The notes below the pieces were generated by a model. It was given only the letters and a program-made list of their open reading frames with translations, was not told where the DNA came from and did no database searches. This document shows positions 1-10,632 of a stretch of 32,303 bases of DNA, piece by piece. How positions within the stretch are numbered: position 1 is the first letter of the stretch; each line of letters opens with the position of its first letter. The position numbers and the translations under genes were made by a program. This DNA is from Octopus bimaculoides (Eukaryota): the NCBI RefSeq assembly GCF_001194135.2, contig NC_068994.1:60543832-60576134 (forward strand), in the 5' to 3' direction.

Positions 1-301
1 GCCCTACCTCCTGCGAAAAGGAATCACCCTGCTATGTATAATCAAGGCAACGCAAAAAGTTGTTTTGCACAAGCATTTGCATAGCCAATTAGACGGATGA
101 AATTTACGTACACTTAATAATGTTACACAAAACAGCCTTCAGACTTTCCCTATTAATTTCGTCTTTTGAATTATGAACATATTTACATCATAAGGATTTT
201 TTCATTGTAAGGCTTTCTTTTTTAGTTGATTTTCACCTAGCAAGACTTATCGTAGATAGCGTAATAAGTCACACCCGGACAATGTCGGGTTATACTGCTA
301 G
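1..301 (+). mobile_element. Helitron-like 3' terminus (GC-rich hairpin followed by CTAG)
   Basis: ACCCGGACAATGTCGGGT (273-290) folds into a GC-rich stem, followed 7 nt later by CTAG (298-301) and then T, which is the canonical Helitron 3' signature. The 5' end would lie left of the window. Confidence 0.6.
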
Positions 302-785
302 TCTCCTTTAAACTTGACTATGCTCTGACTCTATCACAAGTTTGTGACAAGGTTTAAAAGAGAGGAAGTAGTCAACTAGAGAGTAGCAATTATATAACAC
401 TGATATTGTTTTTTATATATTTTCTCCCTTTTTATTTATAGCTGTCATTATTTTGTCATTTCTACTAAAGGCTAAAGATACCAATGTAATTACACACCTG
501 CAACATACTGACATAATTACATTAATTTCACTAATGGGAGTGTAGAGTTATAAATGGTTACTTCTGATAGAGTACCACACAACTACTTGAAGAGTAACAA
601 CTTGTTTTCTGCCAGTGGTGTTGCACTCTGACCATGACAAAGACTTTTCTCAGCCTAGCTTGCTGTAATTATAGCTACAGTGCATCAGACATAGAACCAT
701 TGCAACAACTGTTTATTTAAATTCATCAGACATAAAGAAACCCTGACACAAACTATATTGGTTTCTTTTATTCAGATTTGTGCAT

Positions 786-940
786 GAGCAAGCATGGCTG
801 TGTGGTTAAGAAACTTACTTTCTCACCATGTAGTCTTGGGTTCACTCTCGCTGCACAGTACTGGAGGCAGTTGTCTTCTACTATAGACCAAGGTGTGTGT
901 GAGTGAATTTGGGTGATGGGAAGAAAAAAGCTCATCATAT
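786..940 (+). mobile_element. tRNA-derived SINE, degenerate
   Basis: A-box-like TGGCTGTGTGGTTAAG (796-810) and B-box-like GGGTTCACTCTC (838-849) at tRNA-like spacing, then a body running into a microsatellite. Family resemblance to octopus SINEs is from recall. Confidence 0.6.
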
Positions 941-1099
941 ACACGTGTTTTTGTGTGTGTATATATATACGTGTGTGTGTGTATATATATGTACATGTAT
1001 ATATATGTGTATATATATATATGTGTGTGTATATATTTGTATGTATATATATATATATATATATATTATATGTGTGTATGTATATATATATGAATAGGA

Positions 1100-1131
<32 letters not shown>

Positions 1132-1173
1132 CATCATCATTATGTATGTGTATACATACATACATATATATAC

Positions 1174-1228
<55 letters not shown>

Positions 1229-1254
1229 GTGTATGTATATATATATGAATAGGA

Positions 1255-1286
<32 letters not shown>

Positions 1287-1328
1287 CATCATCATTATGT
1301 ATGTGTATACATACATACATATATATAC

Positions 1329-1378
<50 letters not shown>
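941..1378. repeat. Compound (TA)n/(TG)n/(TACA)n microsatellite with an internal ~155-bp duplication
   Basis: Direct reading. The block ATGAATAGGAATG...TCATCATCATTATGTATGTGTATACATAC occurs twice (~1089 and ~1244). Confidence 0.97.
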
Positions 1379-1382
<4 letters not shown>

Positions 1383-1639
1383 GTTGAAGAGGACAACAAA
1401 CATTAAAGCAAGGCAAACATCTCAAGTCATATCCATTATTATTATTGGAAAAAAGATTCAAAGTCTTACAGCTGTTTCAAGGATATCCCAGAGTATGGGA
1501 TACTGTGTCATCGAAGACAAATATGATTTCACTTCAGAGGATGTCTCTTTTTATAGTATTATTGAATGTGTGGAGGTGGAGAGAGATATATAGGATAATA
1601 AAAGAGGGTGAGGAATGGAGGGAAAAGTGAGAGAGTGTG

Positions 1640-1950
1640 TGTGTGAGTGTTTTTGTGTTGGTGTGTGTGCCTGTGTATTTGAAAGGAGTGTCAATAGGAA
1701 AGAGAAGGAAAAGTGAAAGAAGAAAGAAGAAAATTGTGTTTAGAGCTGGTCAGTTCTTTCAATGACAAGTTTATTCTTGGCCTTTTAAAAATGGCATTGT
1801 TTGGAAGAAGTTGTTTTTCAAAAAGTTGGCATCATTGTCCAGTGGGAGAGAGTGTGTGGGTGTGTTTTTGTGTGTGTGTATCTGAAAGGAGTGTCAATGG
1901 AAAAGAGAAGAGAAAGAAGAAGAAGGAATTGTGTTTACATCTATACAGCT
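1640..1950 (+). repeat. Old ~200-bp tandem duplication
   Basis: GAAAGGAGTGTCAAT at 1681 and 1884. Each copy is preceded by a GT-rich tract and followed by GAA-rich sequence and AATTGTGTTTA. Confidence 0.6.
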
Positions 1951-2203
1951 GGTTGGTTCAAAGAAGGTAGGAGAGAAATATGAGAACCAAGCTAATTGGG
2001 TTCAATTCTAGTTGGCACAAAAATGTCCCACTCTCTGAGTTTCCTGCTGTTTTTAGGCTCTGTTGTTCCAAAGTTGAAGAACAATTAAGAATAATGAAAT
2101 ATTGTGATGAATCAATGAGTGAGGTAGCTAAATATTGGTAAGTTCATTTTGTCAGAGGCATGGATCAAGAATAAATATAAAATATAGCATTTCTGTAGTC
2201 ATT

Positions 2204-2322
2204 TACTCTTTTGCTTGTTTCAGTCATGTGACTGCGGCCATGCTGGAGCACCACCTTTAGTCGAGCAAATTGACCCCAGGACTTATTCTTTGTAAGCCTA
2301 GTACTTATTCTATTGGTGTCTT
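2204..2322 (-). mobile_element. 3' half of a SINE (octopus-type, AAAGAGT tail)
   Basis: Minus strand reads ...AATAGAATAAGTACTAGGCTTACAAAGAATAAGTCCTGGGGTCAATTTGCTCGACTAAAGGTGGTGCTCCAGCATGGCCGCAGTC...GAAACAAGCAAAAGAGTA. Recognised from memory as a very abundant octopus SINE 3' region. Confidence 0.6.
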
Positions 2323-4255
2323 TTTAGTGTCCAATGCAGTAAAGATACGGATTAGTGAGCTGGCTACACTTCTGATAGAGGCCACAGATTATGCTCTCAC
2401 TTGGCTTGCCAGGCCTTCTCACGTACTGCACATTTCCAAAGGTCCCAGTCACTAGTCATAGCCTCGGTGAGGCCTAAAGTTCGAAGGTCGTGCTTCACCT
2501 CATCCCAGGTTTTCCTGGGTCTACCTCTTTCACAGGTTCCCTCAACTGCTAAGGGTGTGGCACTTTTTCACGCAGCTATCCTCATCCATTCTCGCCACAT
2601 GACCATACCAGCGCAATCGTCTCTCTTGCACACCACAACTGATGCTTCTTAGGTCCAACTTTTCTCTCAAGGTACTTACATTCTGTCGAGTATGCACACT
2701 GATATTACACATCCATCGGAGCATACTGGCTTCGTTTCTTGCAAGCTTACGCATATCCTCAGCAGTCACAGCCCATGTTTCACTGCCATGTAGCATGGCA
2801 GTTCGTACACATGCGTCATACAGTCTACCTTGTACTCTGAGCGAGAGGCCCTTTGTCACCAGCAGAGATAAGAGCTCTCTGAACTTTGCCCAGGCTATTC
2901 ATATTCTAGCAGCTACACTTTCAGTGCACCCTCCCCCGCTACTAACTTGGTCACCTAGATAACAGAAGCTATCAACTACTTCTACTTTTTCTCCCTGGAA
3001 TATGGCAAAGGTTGTTTTCTGTGCATTTTCAGTGTTTGTTGCTCCTGAGCATCTGCCACATACAAAAACTATCTTCTCAGTTAGCCTTCCTTTGATATTG
3101 CTGCACCTCTTATGCGTCCATAGCTTACACTGGGTACATCTTAGAGTTTCTACCTACGCCTTTTCTACAGATTGAGCAGGGCCATTTACATGAAGGGGTT
3201 TGTGGTTTGTCTACCTTCCTACTTTTTAGGACTTGGGTTTTAGCTAGGATGACTCTAAAGCCCTTCGATTCTAATCCTTGCTTCCACACCTGAAATTTCT
3301 CCTCTAGTTCTGATAGGGCAAGGTCATCGGCATAGAGGAGCTCCCAGGGGCATCCCATCTTGAATTCCTGTGCTATCGCCTGGAGGACTATGATAAATAG
3401 GAGGGGGCTGAGGATTGAACCTTGGTGGACCCCTACCTCTACCTGGAATTCTTCACTGTACTCGTTGCCAACCCTCACCTTACTGACAGAGTCCCTGTAC
3501 ATGGCTTGTACAGCTCTCACTAACCATTCATCTATCCCTAGTTTCCTCACTGACCACCAGATAAGGGAGCGGGAGACCCTGTTAAAAGCTTTCTCCACGT
3601 CAACAAAAGCCAGGTACAGAGGTTTACCACTGGCTAGGTATTTCTCCTGCAGCTGTCTTACCAGAAATATAGCATCAGTGGTGCTTTTACCTGGCACGAA
3701 CCCAAACTGCATCTCATCTAATTTGACTCTCTACCTAATTAGTTGGGCTATGACCCTCTCCATAACTTTCATGACCTGATCTAACAGCTTGATGCCTCTG
3801 TAATTATTTGTATCTAAAGCGTCACCTTTACCTTTGTAGCAGTTTACTATGGTGCTGCTACACCAGTCATTGGGTATGACTCCTTCATGTATTACCTGGT
3901 TAACTATACGGGTGACTAGGCTATATCCAACACTGCCAGATATTTTGAGCATCTCTGCAGTGATTCCTGACGGGCCGGGGGATTTCCCTGTCTTCATACT
4001 CTTGATCGCTTTATCTACCAAGGTACTGTCAATTAGGATAGCTGGTCCTTCTGTTGGGTCGACATGCGGCAGACTCTCTTCCTCCCATTCATTCTCTTTA
4101 TTGAGCAATCTTTCATAGTGGCATCTCCAAAGCTCTCTCTTCGCAGCCTCGTGTAGTGCAAGTGAGCCATCATCCATGTGGACACATTTCTCTCCTATGA
4201 CATCATGATTCTCTCTCACACACTGTCTTGCAACACGAAATACTTCAAGTCTTTT
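2323..4255 (-). mobile_element. RTE-clade non-LTR retrotransposon, 5'- and 3'-truncated, frameshifted ORF (reverse transcriptase)
   Basis: Minus ORFs give NNYRGIKLLDQVMKVMERV, QFGFVPGKSTTDAIF, YLAFVDVEKAFNRV, GVHQGSILSPLLF, LLYADDL and the RTE C-terminal RLYDACVRTAMLHGSETWA...RRLRWYGHVARM. Confidence 0.95.
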
Positions 4256-4584
4256 AGTAAATTCTAACTTCAGTAGCAATATTTTGAGTTTTTCTTCTTC
4301 TTGTCCTGTACAGGAAGTTTGAAGCACAGAAGAGTTGCACGCTGCCAACCTTATTCCCTTATCCATGACCATCTTCAATCCAGTGGCAAGACTAGGTCAA
4401 GATGACTGGGGATGGAGACGGATGCAGTGGATGGCCAAGATGTCTAACATGCCTCAGCTTGCTCTCTGCACTCCAGAGTAGACCTGGGAATAATAGTGGC
4501 TAAGAGATGGTTCCTCACTCCTCAAAATACTAGAACTCCCAAGCCAGGGCTCTGCTACCAAATTTTAAGTCATAACTAGGAGAA

Positions 4585-4604
4585 ATACATGCACACACAC
4601 ATAC

Positions 4605-4635
<31 letters not shown>

Positions 4636-4655
4636 TATACACATACACATACATG

Positions 4656-4745
<90 letters not shown>

Positions 4746-4750
4746 TACAT

Positions 4751-4781
<31 letters not shown>

Positions 4782-4786
4782 TATAT
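4585..4786. repeat. Compound (CA)n/(TA)n/(TACA)n microsatellite
   Basis: Direct reading. Confidence 0.97.
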
Positions 4787-4787
4787 G

Positions 4788-5649
4788 TGAGGGGGTATTC
4801 AAAAGTGACTGGAAATGTTCTTTGTGGGACCAGTCCATTGTAGTTCAGGCTTCTGCCACTAGAAGCCACCTGATGTGACCCTCAGGCATCAGTCTGCTAA
4901 CAGGCATGTTGTCCAGTGAGGTCATACTGCCACGTGGGTGTGTCTTTGTTTTGCAGTGATTCTCCACTGTTTGTTGATTTTTGTGATGGCTGAAATGAAG
5001 GAACAGCATGCTTCCATGAAATTCTGTTTTCTGCTGGGGGAAACGGCAGCCAAAACAGTTGTCATTCTTCAAACAGCTTGCAAGACCACTGCCACTGCAA
5101 AACACAAGTTTATGAGTGGTTTTCACACTTTAAGAATGATCACATGTCGATTGAAGACTACCCTTGTTCAGGGTGACCATCAATCTCACGAATGCATGAA
5201 AACATCACAAAAATTCATGAACTGATCTTGGAAGATCATCACCAAATAATTGACAAACTTGTTAATATGACTGGTGTGTGCTGGGGCGCCTGCTAATAAA
5301 TTTTGAGCAAGGAATTGCCAATGAAAAGAGTTGCAGAAAAATTTGTGCTTTGCTTGCTCACAGAAGATCAAAAGCAATCATGACTGAATGCGTGTCATGG
5401 ACTGAAAGAAGAGTTGGGAGTTGATTCAGATATGTTTTCAAAGGTCATCATTGGTGATGAAAGCTGGTGCTATGGAATGTTCAGACGTGGAAGAGGTGAA
5501 GCAAAAAATAATGAGGTATTAAAAGGTATAATTTCTCAAGGATTCCAGCACTGCTTCAAATGGAGAATACTTTGAAGGAGATAAAAGTGTAAACATGTAA
5601 AACTAAGTGAATAGAATGATATTGCAAAATTCTGTTGGGCACTCCCTCG
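4788..5649 (+). mobile_element. Mariner (Tc1/mariner) DNA transposon relic, internally deleted
   Basis: From 4986: MAEMKEQHASMKFCFLLGETAAKT (N-terminal HTH). Then KRVAEKFVLCLLTEDQK and KVIIGDESWCYG (first catalytic Asp motif), and a C-terminal YFEGD-like end. Degenerate TIRs TGAGGGGGTATTC and (reverse complement) CGAGGGAGTGCCC, with TA at 5650-5651. Confidence 0.9.
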
Positions 5650-6559
5650 TATACAGGCACATACATACATATATATACAAACATACATACAGATATACAT
5701 GTATATGCACACAAACTCACACACATATACTCGCACGCACACACACATTAACAGTGTAATTCAAGAGCAACTTATCAATCTGGGATTCAGTGCATGCGTG
5801 TGCAGCTGGTTGTGCATGTATGTAACATATTGTGGGGAATAATTTTGATATGTTCTTTTTGAGATATATTTCTATAGTGATAACTTTATTCTTAATTCTT
5901 ATAGGTCTTTATGGATTGTTTATTTGTGAGTTGAAGTTCGTATACAACTTCATTTTGAAGACTCTGTTATATGACTTTATCATAATCAGCCATGGAAATA
6001 ATGGTGTACATGCTCACAATAAACTTGTGAAAATGTGGGTTGTAAGCAACAGAACAATATTAGAATTTCTTTAATGAATTTTCCATGTGTTTGTAAATTG
6101 ATTAGTTTGTGCCTATTTTTATATTAATAACCAGAATTGTTGGGTTTTTTTTGAGTTTTTTTTTGAGTTTTTTTTTTGTCATATTGAAAGAGCAATGTTA
6201 AATATATGAAATGGAGTAATATTTTGTTTAGAAGTTTTTTTAATGCGTTTGTGATACTTGCTGATGTAAAAGATGATGCATTTTAGTATTGAAGGCAAAC
6301 TGTGTTATTGTGACCTCTACAAAGGCTTATGGCATGGAGCTTAAAATTTTAATCTTTACAAAGCAATCTATTACTTTCATTATTCTATTAAAACTATTAT
6401 GTAGTCTATAGAAGATTATGCATTGACTAAATTGTTTTGTATTGCACATAGATAATTAAGAATAATTTATCTCAGGAATTTCTGTTTCTGACATGTATGT
6501 ATAGACATAGACATACATATGCATAAAACTGAGAAAATGTTCGGCTTGCTACTCATGAA

Positions 6560-6593
<34 letters not shown>

Positions 6594-6713
6594 AGCATGC
6601 ATATGTTCACAAATGATACTATGACTGTGCTGGAAGTTTTAAAATTTTTTTTTTTTTTTTTTTTTTTAGGCTATTATTTCAGGTCTATATTTAAGAGATA
6701 AGCAATTATGTAC

Positions 6714-7204
6714 ATTATTTACGACGGATATTTGTCCTCATCTTGTTTGTTGCTAACACACCGTTTCGGCTGATAAGGGTAGGCAAACATCGCAAAGCTG
6801 TGATATGAGGAGATATTGATAAATTGGGTATAGCTGATCGTGTATGTAAAAATGGAGACCACCTCCCCTTGTGGGATGTAGTTAAAATAATAGACAGAGA
6901 ACACCACTGGAAAATATGAAAACTAAAAGAAGCGGCACATATGCTAGGACACAACAACCTCCTAAGCAGACCAAGTACAGATATGAATAGCATATGGGAA
7001 CCGGTATTAAGGAAGGATAGGAGAATATTAAATTTATAAGCCCTGAAATTCACAACATTGAAAAATACCTTGGGAATGAAAACCCAGGTTCGAAATTTCC
7101 CCAAGACACTTGATGAAGGCTGGAGGGCATATCAGCTGAAACATGTTAACAACAAACAAGATGAGGACAAATATCCATCAAACGTAAATTATGTAAATAA
7201 TGTA
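6714..7204 (+). mobile_element. Penelope-like element fragment: GIY-YIG endonuclease C-terminus, 3' pseudo-LTR and a 5' inverted pseudo-LTR piece
   Basis: 6779-7039 translates (two internal stops) as VGKHRKAVI*GDIDKLGIADRVCKNGDHLPLWDVVKIIDREHHWKI*KLKEAAHML...WEPVL, typical of the tail of Penelope GIY-YIG domains. 6714-6775 is an inverted copy of 7130-7200 (shared core GGATATTTGTCCTCATCTTGTTTGTTG). Inverted partial pLTRs are characteristic of PLE insertions. Confidence 0.85.
7105..7150 (+). ncRNA. Degenerate minimal type I hammerhead ribozyme motif
   Basis: GACAC-TTGATGA-A-GGCTG-(10-nt loop)-CAGCT-GAAAC-ATGTT. This is a CUGAUGA core with C3>U, stem II and GAAAC, inside a Penelope pLTR, where minimal hammerheads are known to occur. 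Confidence 0.6.
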
Positions 7205-8624
7205 TTATTTTCAGTTTATAAATAATAACATTTCAAGACCTTTCTGTTCTAGCTAAAAATATTTTCATGATAGTTGTTATTTTTTAAAAAATATATCATG
7301 AAAATAATGAGAATGCAGATTGATATAAGTCTGTTTCTTCTTGATTGTGACCAACTTTTAAATTTAGTATTGACATCAAATTTCAGCAATCAGGAAATAT
7401 CAATATTGATGCCTAATATCATTTTGCTAATAGGATGTTACTACCTGTACGTTGAGATTTGATTTAATTTCCCCCACAAAATTTAGTCACATAAGAAAGA
7501 ACAGTTACAATGACCTCTGTGGGCTCCTTCCAGAGCAGTGGGGTTGATTTCAGCTTGAGCTTCCTATAGGTCGATATCTATAGGAAATGATGATTGGAAG
7601 CAGAGGGTTAGGGTTCAATCTAACTAGTCTTAAGGAAGAATGTTATGTAATGAGTGAAGAGGTGATAGTATACATCAAGTAGGCTTGTAAAGAACTGGTA
7701 CATGGTACACAAATTTTTTATTCAGAAGAACTATTGCCCTTGTCATAATAGTAGAGGAGCAAAAAATAGAAATGATAAGCATGTGAACTGGTGATTATGT
7801 AGCATATTGATGAGTAAATCTTTACCAATCAGCTAGGTGGCTTATTTTGGGGTTGCATATAAAATGGATAAATATGTGCAGCATCAGTACTGTCCAAGAG
7901 TCATGCAAAGAGGAGAGGGTCTGAATGCAATATGGAAGTTTGAAAGCTTTTTAGTAAGGAAGTACTTGAAAACATCATTGGCCTTCCTCATGTTTATTTC
8001 AGATATTATGATGGCAGATAAATGTTTTCTAGCGGTAATGGTGAAGGACTTCTGGGGGTTGCAGTACAGCTGCAGTAGTAGGTCTCACTATAGAACACAG
8101 TACAATGAATTCAAGCAGTTTGAACACACAAGAACACACTTTTTGCTTCATCATTTTCATATCAAAATAAATATTTTCTGAGGAAAATTATATATCATTT
8201 GAAAGTTCTAGATGTAAACTTTCTTCTCATAGTTTTAACTAAAATCTGATATAGTCATAACATGTCAGGGTCCCTCAAACACCCTTGTATTTCCACGCAT
8301 TTACAAAATTTGCTTCATTCTTTGTTTTTTTTTTACTTCTGAATGATAGTCCTCATTCTAGTTATAGTGTCATATCTCAAGTTGTGTTAAAAATCATATT
8401 GTCCCAGCTTATGCCCTCATGCGGTCACACATGTGTCTGAATTTTACCTAGCAGATATTATTATACATGAAAATTTCATTTTCCATTGATGAAATATTAG
8501 TCAAATTTCACCAATAAAAATTATATCATGCAATGAATATAATTTGGTAGACAATTAAAGTCAGATCTGAATGTTTTTTTTCCCCATTTTGAATAGACTT
8601 TAATAATTTGTTGTAATGTTCATA

Positions 8625-8800
8625 TATTACCCTGCATGCATAAGTGAAAGCAGGGTATTGTAATCACTCGTTTTTGTCTTTTTGTTTCTGTATTTGCAAA
8701 ATTACTGGAAAATGACTGAATGGATTTTCACCAAATTTGGCAAAAATACTCATTGGGTGAGTGACTCAAAATGATGAAAATTTGGTTTGATTATCTTCAA
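8625..8800 (+). mobile_element. Possible Helentron/DINE-1-like non-autonomous element, 5' part
   Basis: TACCCTGC (8628-8635) and GCAGGGTA (8650-8657) form a stem. It is followed by a TGTC/TGTT-rich tract and GAATGGATTTTCACCAAATTTGG, a layout seen in DINE-1/HINE-type elements. No 3' end was identified. Confidence 0.4.
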
Positions 8801-10380
8801 ACATACATAAATATGTGACTGTGTGTGTGTGTGCACACGTGCACATGTGTACAGTGATGGATTTGAGGGTTTCGTTTATTTATGAGTTGATTTCTTAATT
8901 TCACTAGAGTATAAACACCTATAATGGTGATAAATAAAAATATTTTAAAAAATGAGAGAAATAAATGGAACTTACAAATTTCCTGATAAGCAAGTAGTCA
9001 TATTATTTATATCCCACAACAAACTACATTTGATTCACCTGCCATCACTGAAAGATGTTCAAAACACTTTTCAAATTCCAGGCAATATTTTCTATAAGTA
9101 TGTCATTTTGTTCACTTTCATTTTCATATGAATTGACCCTTGTCTGCGTGTATAGATCATGGTGTACCTTTGTGTGTAGATACATGTGGGTACATACATA
9201 CATAGATATGTGTGTGTGTGTATGTATCCTCTTTTAGTCAAACACTTACAAAGCTTTATTCAGTTCAATTAAAAAGCATGGGTAAGCAACATAATGTAAG
9301 CCACACTATAATTTGCAAATAAAATTATCTGTGTACAAGGTAGGCATCACCCCTCTGATGCATTTTGCTTTTGAAAGCCCATTAATATTTTATTGAAATG
9401 GTATCATGTCCCAAAATCTCAGGATTTATTTAGTTCTATACCTACTACAAATGTACCAAAACTTCACTTCCTGTGATTTGTACTTTGGGATTTAGCTAGG
9501 TCTGAAAACACAGTAAAAATGACTGTTTGAGACATGTAACAAAATAGGCCTTACAAAAATATTTTTAAAATTGCCAAAAAATAAATTTTCTTTCTAAGAA
9601 CCTGAAAAAATGTAGGCAACTGCTCTAACATGGTCACTATTAATTTGTGTAATTTAAAGATAATTATCACCTAAGATATGACATCACAGTTTCTAAGATA
9701 TGACATCATAAATATGGTTAATTATTCATTTAGATCAATTAAGCAAGATTTCAACCAATTTGTTGACCTTTTAGATTGTCAATAACCATTGAAATTTCAC
9801 AAATGAGGTACCAAAACATTTCTTTTTGGATGCTTTCCCAGAAAAAGTAAAGTAGAAATTACATTTTAATATTTTCAAAAATTCATAGTGATACCTAATT
9901 AAAGAGTAATCAAATATTCTGATGGATTGATGGTTGATTAAAGGTTTATGCCTGGACTTGAGAAAAGTGATGTAGATAAAAGATATTAACTAGTGCAGCA
10001 GACAATTTAGAACAACAAACAATTTGACATCTGTACCAATCTCTGTGGGAATTATGTAAAAGCCAAAAAGAATAGTGAATGTTGAAGTTAATTAAGAGAA
10101 TGACTTCAGTTGTTGTATCAATGCTGGATGATAGACATTGCATCCATTTGGAATGATAGCAATGGTGGTTTGTCTTTTGAAAATTTGAACATTTGTTTTA
10201 TGTCCTTCTTACTGCTAACTATGCAACATGAAGTGAATGTGGTACCTGTACTTCACCTGGATTTACAATGTGAAGTACTTAAAAGCACATTACACACTAG
10301 TTCAGTGTGGAGTTCCAAAGTTGCTCATTGTAACTTTAATACCTCTCTTGACAAAAGTCACTTTTTTAAAAATCAGACCA

Positions 10381-10466
10381 CATGTCTATAGTCATAAACC
10401 ACAGGACATGTCTATAGTCATAAACCACAGGACATGCCTATAGTCATAAACCACAGGACATGCCTA
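10381..10466 (+). repeat. 26-bp minisatellite, 3.3 copies (CATGYCTATAGTCATAAACCACAGGA)
   Basis: Units start at 10381, 10407, 10433 and 10459 (partial), with a single T/C difference between them. Confidence 0.95.
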
Positions 10467-10469
10467 CAA

Positions 10470-10632
10470 ACGGTTGTTGTCCCAGGCCAGCCTTCATTGA
10501 GCAGACCTCTCACCAAAGCCCATGACTATACCACTTTTCCAGACATAGTTATCTGGGATTATATTATCTAAAAATCCCTTCTTTATTAATATAGTGAGGT
10601 TAATTTAAGGGAGATCTGGTTGCTATTTCTAG
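10470..10632 (+). mobile_element. Dispersed SINE-like repeat, copy 1 of 4
   Basis: Shares ATTGAG.A.ACCT, CCATGAC.AT and TGCTATTTCTAG with 19431-19610, and similar motifs with the minus-strand copies at 20840-21012 and 21470-21610. Confidence 0.5.

Noticed and set aside
786-860. tRNA genes (also 31730-31805)
   Set aside because: A/B boxes are present, but there is no cloverleaf and each continues into a SINE body.
903-1461. YI/CV-rich ORFs, also at 4530-4878, 5536-5748, 11771-12177 and 16169-16391
   Set aside because: Translations of microsatellites.
2642-4118. Plus-strand ORFs of 89-139 aa
   Set aside because: Antisense shadows of the RTE reverse-transcriptase frame. The same applies to 23007-23321 and 23821-24132.
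7837-8181. 114-aa plus-strand ORF
   Set aside because: No recognisable domain, GTG start, no convincing splice context.
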